From contig OZ024741.1 of assembly GCA_964016885.1 (NCBI GenBank), positions 120,404,001-120,468,000 of the forward strand: a DNA stretch of 64,000 nucleotides, given 5' to 3'. The DNA comes from Eledone cirrhosa (Eukaryota). Shown piece after piece: positions 59,454-64,000 of this stretch. The position numbers were made by a program, and so were the translations under genes. Position 1 is the stretch's first letter; the number at the start of each line of letters is the position of its first letter. The notes under the pieces were generated by a model. The model made no database searches. It saw only the letters and a list, made by a program, of their open reading frames with translations, and was not told the DNA's origin.

Positions 59454-62135
59454 ATACTTTGGAAGGGTCATGTTGCCAATAAGAAACACACGCACCAGTT
59501 GCTTTCACTTCAATTTATTATAATAAGTTTATAAATTTAGGAATTTATAAATTTCCGGTTGGTTGGTTGGTTCCACAACCAGATGGTTGTTTATATATTG
59601 TCAAAGTTCTTTCGTCACACATTCTGTGACCTCTTCAGTGACTGGGGATTCCTTTCTTTGTCTCCGTGCCTCTCCTTTGTTCTGTCCTATGCCATCTTGT
59701 TTGTGTGTGTGTGTTGTGTGCTTAGTTTGCGCATGTGTTACATCCAGGTGTCTGTGTGTGTTTATATTCATTTATTTATTTGTTTATTTACATGTTACTG
59801 GTTGGTTGTTTGTTCTATGTGCGTGTGTATTTTCATTTTGTCCTTAATTGTAAGTTGTGATGTTGCTGTTCCACTCATGTTTTCTATTTAATTTTGGTTG
59901 TAATTTATTTATGTTTATTGCCTCTGTGATTTGTCTAAACATTGCGTCTTTTCTGTGTGTAGATTCTATTTTTATTTCTATGTTCTCTAATTTACCCTTA
60001 TGTTCTATTTTAGTATGTTGGTAGAGTACAAATGATTCTTTACTATCTTGAAAGTCTCGCCAGTGTTCATTTATCCGTTCCCCTATAATACGAGCTGTCT
60101 CACCTATGTACACTATATTTTTATCTTTACATTGTCCTTCAGTACATCTTATGCTATATACTACATTTCTAGTTTTACAGTTAATATGGGGGCTTAATTT
60201 ACAGGTTATACATTTCTTATCTATACAGGAAGGTCTTTGAAAAGGGTATGTCTTGCTAATAAGTGTTTTTATGGAGTTACCTGGTCTTTCTACTATCTTA
60301 ATATTGAGTTTATGTTTATCTAGGGCCCTTCTAAATTTGTAAGCTAATTCACCTCTAGGGGTTGTATCGATGAACATTACACTCTGGTATTTATTGCTAT
60401 CATACCATGAGTTTATTCTATTAGCCTTATTCCTAGTTCTTTCTATTCTATTCCAAAATTTGCTCCTATACAAGGAGCAGGTCCCATTTGTGTCATTATT
60501 TACCATGTTTTCCCATTTGGTTCTGGCTCCTCTATACACTCTGATTTTATCTGTCTGATTTTATTTCTCTGATGGTAACCAGAGAACTGCATACGGTGGA
60601 TGAAGTGTTGTATGTGTCTCTCTAGTTCTTCGGGGTTGTACATGCGGGACACGTTTCTCATCACCCGTACCAAATCCGCAATCAGTATGTTGATTTTGGT
60701 ATGGTCCGAAACAGCTGAGTTTCGGTGGATCAAATATTTGGATGTCATGGGTTTGGCATAATGGGAATGGAGGATTTGTTTTTTGTTATTAAAGGTATCT
60801 AACCAGAGCTCTGTATCAATCCCATGGAATTCAATCGATGGTTGGGGTGTTTGCTTGGGTAGTCTATAGTAACTCTAATACTCTGGTGGATGGAGTTAGC
60901 TATTTGCTGGATGCTTTCCATTTTGTTTTTCTCTAATTCCTGACTGTTCTCTAGTTGGGATGTTTTTACTACGATATTTATATCATCAACGTAGCGGGAG
61001 TACATTATCAGGGTTAGGGGGTCTTCTAATTGTTCTTTAAGTTTAAGTTTATGTCTACTGTCCCACCATACCATGAATAGGTTAGCTATGTCGCCTGCAA
61101 TGCTAACACCAATGGCTGCTCCCTCCTCTTGGGGATATGTTTTTCCATTAAATTTGAACATATGTTCCTTAAGGGTTAATTTTATGCTGGCCCCCACCGC
61201 ATGTGCAATCATTTTCTTTAGTTCATCGTGGTTTTCGGGTGTCCGTATGGCTCTGGTCCACCCGTTCCATCTATCTGTGTGGGTTTTCTTGGCCATTGAG
61301 GTAATGGTAGGTGGTCTGCCTCTTGCTGGTCTTGTAGGGCACAGGTTGCTAAGATCATATGTGTCTAGATAATTATTACTATAGGTAAGTTTAAGTAGGA
61401 GTCCCAGCTCACTGGTATCAATCCCATGGAATTCAACATTGCTCTCACTGATCATTTCTACGCATTTCTCCACAGCAAAATCCACGTCAATAGATGGATA
61501 CAGGGACACTACATCCATACTACCTATTATGCAGTTTGTTAGGTCCCTAGATCGGTTACTCTCGCCGATTCTGCTGAGGAGGTCCTCCGTGCTGTCACAT
61601 ACTTTCGGGGGGATTTCAATGATGGGGCGTATGATCAGGGAGAGGAAGTAGTTACTAGCAATGTTAGCTCCACAGACTGGCCGTGTTTGTGGTTCTGTGA
61701 CAGGGTCACTGCTCGTTTTATGGTCTTTTCGAAGCCCATAGAACGCTGGCACGTCATTGTTCCATGCCTGGAGGTTGTTGGCAGTCCTTTTGTTGGGCTG
61801 CATTATATTTGTCCACATCATCATATGGGCATTGGGGGCTTTTTCTCTATCCTCATGCTCTTGTGGTGTTACTTCTCTTGTGTTAGTGGTGTGGGGTTGC
61901 ATTGCCTGGATGTAGTTTGGCAGACTGTCAACCGACATTCTGCCAGACTTGTCTGTTGGAAAGCATGCTATCTCTCCATTACGCGAGCGCTGCATGAGCT
62001 TACGCAAGCCATTTGCAGATTTTTCTCCCAGTTGCTGGGCCTCCATTCTATTATGCTTCTTGCTATACTGTTCTATAATATTTCTAAGTTTAGATCTAGC
62101 TATACTAAATTGTGCTTGTGTTTGTTCATCGACCT
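59448..62135 (-). mobile_element. Penelope-like element, left arm of a giant palindrome (RT, GIY-YIG, pLTR)
   Basis: TDKSG, YGLRKDHK, MDVVSLYPSI, AIG, RYVDD; VVYSI..YIGETAR; tail abuts (TA)n. Confidence 0.92.
59600..59642 (-). ncRNA. Minimal hammerhead motif in pLTR
   Basis: Minus strand: gtca-CTGAAGA-g-GTCACA gaatg TGTGAC-GAAA-gaac-TT-tgac. Confidence 0.7.
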
Positions 62136-64000
62136 GCAACTGGGAGAAAAATCTGCAAATGGCTTGCATAAGCTCATGCAGCGCTCGCGTAATGGAGAGA
62201 TAGCATGCTTTCCAACAGACAAGTCTGGCAGAATGTCGGTTGACAGTCTGCCAAATTACATCCAGGCAATGCAACCCCACATCACTAACACAAGAGAGGT
62301 AACACCACAGGAGCATGAGGATAGAGAAAAAGCCCCCAATGCCCATATGATGATGTGGACAAATATAATGCAGCCCAACAAAAGGACTGCCAACAACCTC
62401 CAGGCATGGAACAATGACGTGCCAGCGTTCTATGGGCTTCGAAAAGACCATAAAACGAGCAGTGACCCTGTCACAGGACCACAAACACGGCCAGTCTGTG
62501 GAGCTAACATTGCTAGTAACTACAGACTGTCCTGCTTCCTCTCCCTGATCATACGCCCCATCATTGAAATCCCCCCGAAAGTATGTGACAGCACAGAGGA
62601 CCTCCTCAGCAGAATCGGCGAGAGTAACCGATCTAGGGACCTAACAAACTGCATAATAGGTAGTATGGATGTAGTGTCCCTGTATCCATCTATTGACGTG
62701 GATTTTGCTGTGGAGAAATGCGTAGAAATGATCAGTGAGAGCAATGTTGAATTCCATGGGATTGATACCAGTGAGCTGGGACTCCTACTTAAACTTACCT
62801 ATAGTAATAATTATCTAGACACATATGACCTTAGCAACCTGTGCCCTACAAAACCAGCAAGAGGCAGACCACCTACCATTACCTCAATGGCCAAGAAAAC
62901 CCACACAGATAGATGGAACGGGTGGACCAGAGCCATACGGACACCCGAAAACCACGATGAACTAAAGAAAATGATTGCACATGCGGTGGGGGCCAGCATA
63001 AAATTAACCCTTAAGGAACATATGTTCAAATTTAATGGAAAAACATATGCCCAAGAGGAGGGAGCAGCCATTGGTGTTAGCATTGCAGGCGACATAGCTA
63101 ACCTATTCATGGTATGGTGGGACAGTAGACATAAACTTAAACTTAAAGAACAATTAGAAGACCCCCTAACCCTGATAATGTACTCCCGCTACGTTGATGA
63201 TATAAATATCGTAGTAAAAACACCCCCACTAGAGAACAGTCAGGAATTAGAGAAAAACAAAATGGAAAGCATCCAGCAAATAGCTAACTCCATCCACCAG
63301 AGTATTAGAGTTACTATAGACTACCCAAGCAAACACCCCAACCATCGATTACCTGTACTAGACACAGAGCTCTGGTTAGATACCATTAATAACAAAAAAC
63401 AAATCCTCCATTCCCATTATGCCAAACCCATGACTTCCAAATATCTGATCCACCGAAACTCAGCTGTTTCGGACCATACCAAAATCAACATACTGATTGC
63501 GGATTTGGTACGGGTGATGAGAAACGTGTCCCGCATGTGCAACCCCGAAGAACTAGAGAGACACATACAACACTTCATCCACCGTATGCAGTTCTCTGGT
63601 ACAATCAGAGAGATAAAATCAGAGTGTATAGAGGAGCCAGAACCAAATGGGAAAACATGGTAAATAATGACACAAATGGGACCTGCCCCTTGTATAGGAG
63701 CAAATTTTGGAATAGAATAGAAAGAACTAGGAATTAAGCTAATAGAATAAACTCATGGTATGATAGCAATAAATACCAGAGTGTAATGTTCATCGATACA
63801 ACCCCTAGAGGTGAATTAGCTTACAAATTTAGAAGGGCCCTAGATAAATATAAACTCAATATTAAGATAGTAGAAAGACCAGGTAACTCCATAAAAACAC
63901 TTATTAGCAAGACATACCCTTTTCAAAGACCTTCCTGTATAGATAAGAAATGTATAATCTGTAAATTAAGCCCCCATATTAACTGTAAAACTAAAAATGT
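62136..64000 (+). mobile_element. Penelope-like element, right arm (runs off the window)
   Basis: Reverse complement of ~60165-62035; RT frame open from 62136 to a 1-nt frameshift near 63600. Confidence 0.92.

Noticed and set aside
61687-62135. N-terminal part of the 658-aa (+) ORF and, symmetrically, of the 561-aa (-) ORF
   Set aside because: Antisense read-through of the opposite palindrome arm, not a novel domain
51869-64000. Large inverted repeats as pure assembly artefacts
   Set aside because: The arms have private substitutions and indels and a consistent biological polarity; still unproven for the short perfect palindromes without reads

Overview
AT-rich, microsatellite-saturated animal DNA. 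It is octopus/cephalopod-like by inference from the SINE type and (TA)n density; this was not verified. One host gene is clear: seven + strand coding exons (20667-56290, continuing past the window) splice in phase into an ankyrin and armadillo repeat-containing protein (ANKAR). Most of the rest is transposon-derived: several Penelope-like elements (PLEs; RT and GIY-YIG), RTE LINEs (one with an open 979-aa frame), a GC-rich CRE-like RT/RLE element, a head-to-tail Helitron array with a decayed Rep/Pif1 gene, and tRNA-derived SINEs. The main hidden signal is about 25 hammerhead ribozyme (HHR) motifs from many unrelated sequence families, found by eye on both strands. Many sit at the outer ends of tails-out fold-back (inverted) elements of 0.2 to >4.5 kb embedded in (TA)n. 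Inside ANKAR, the intact sense-strand HHRs each have a complementary arm in the same intron. Pairings and coordinates were read manually and may be off by a few nt.
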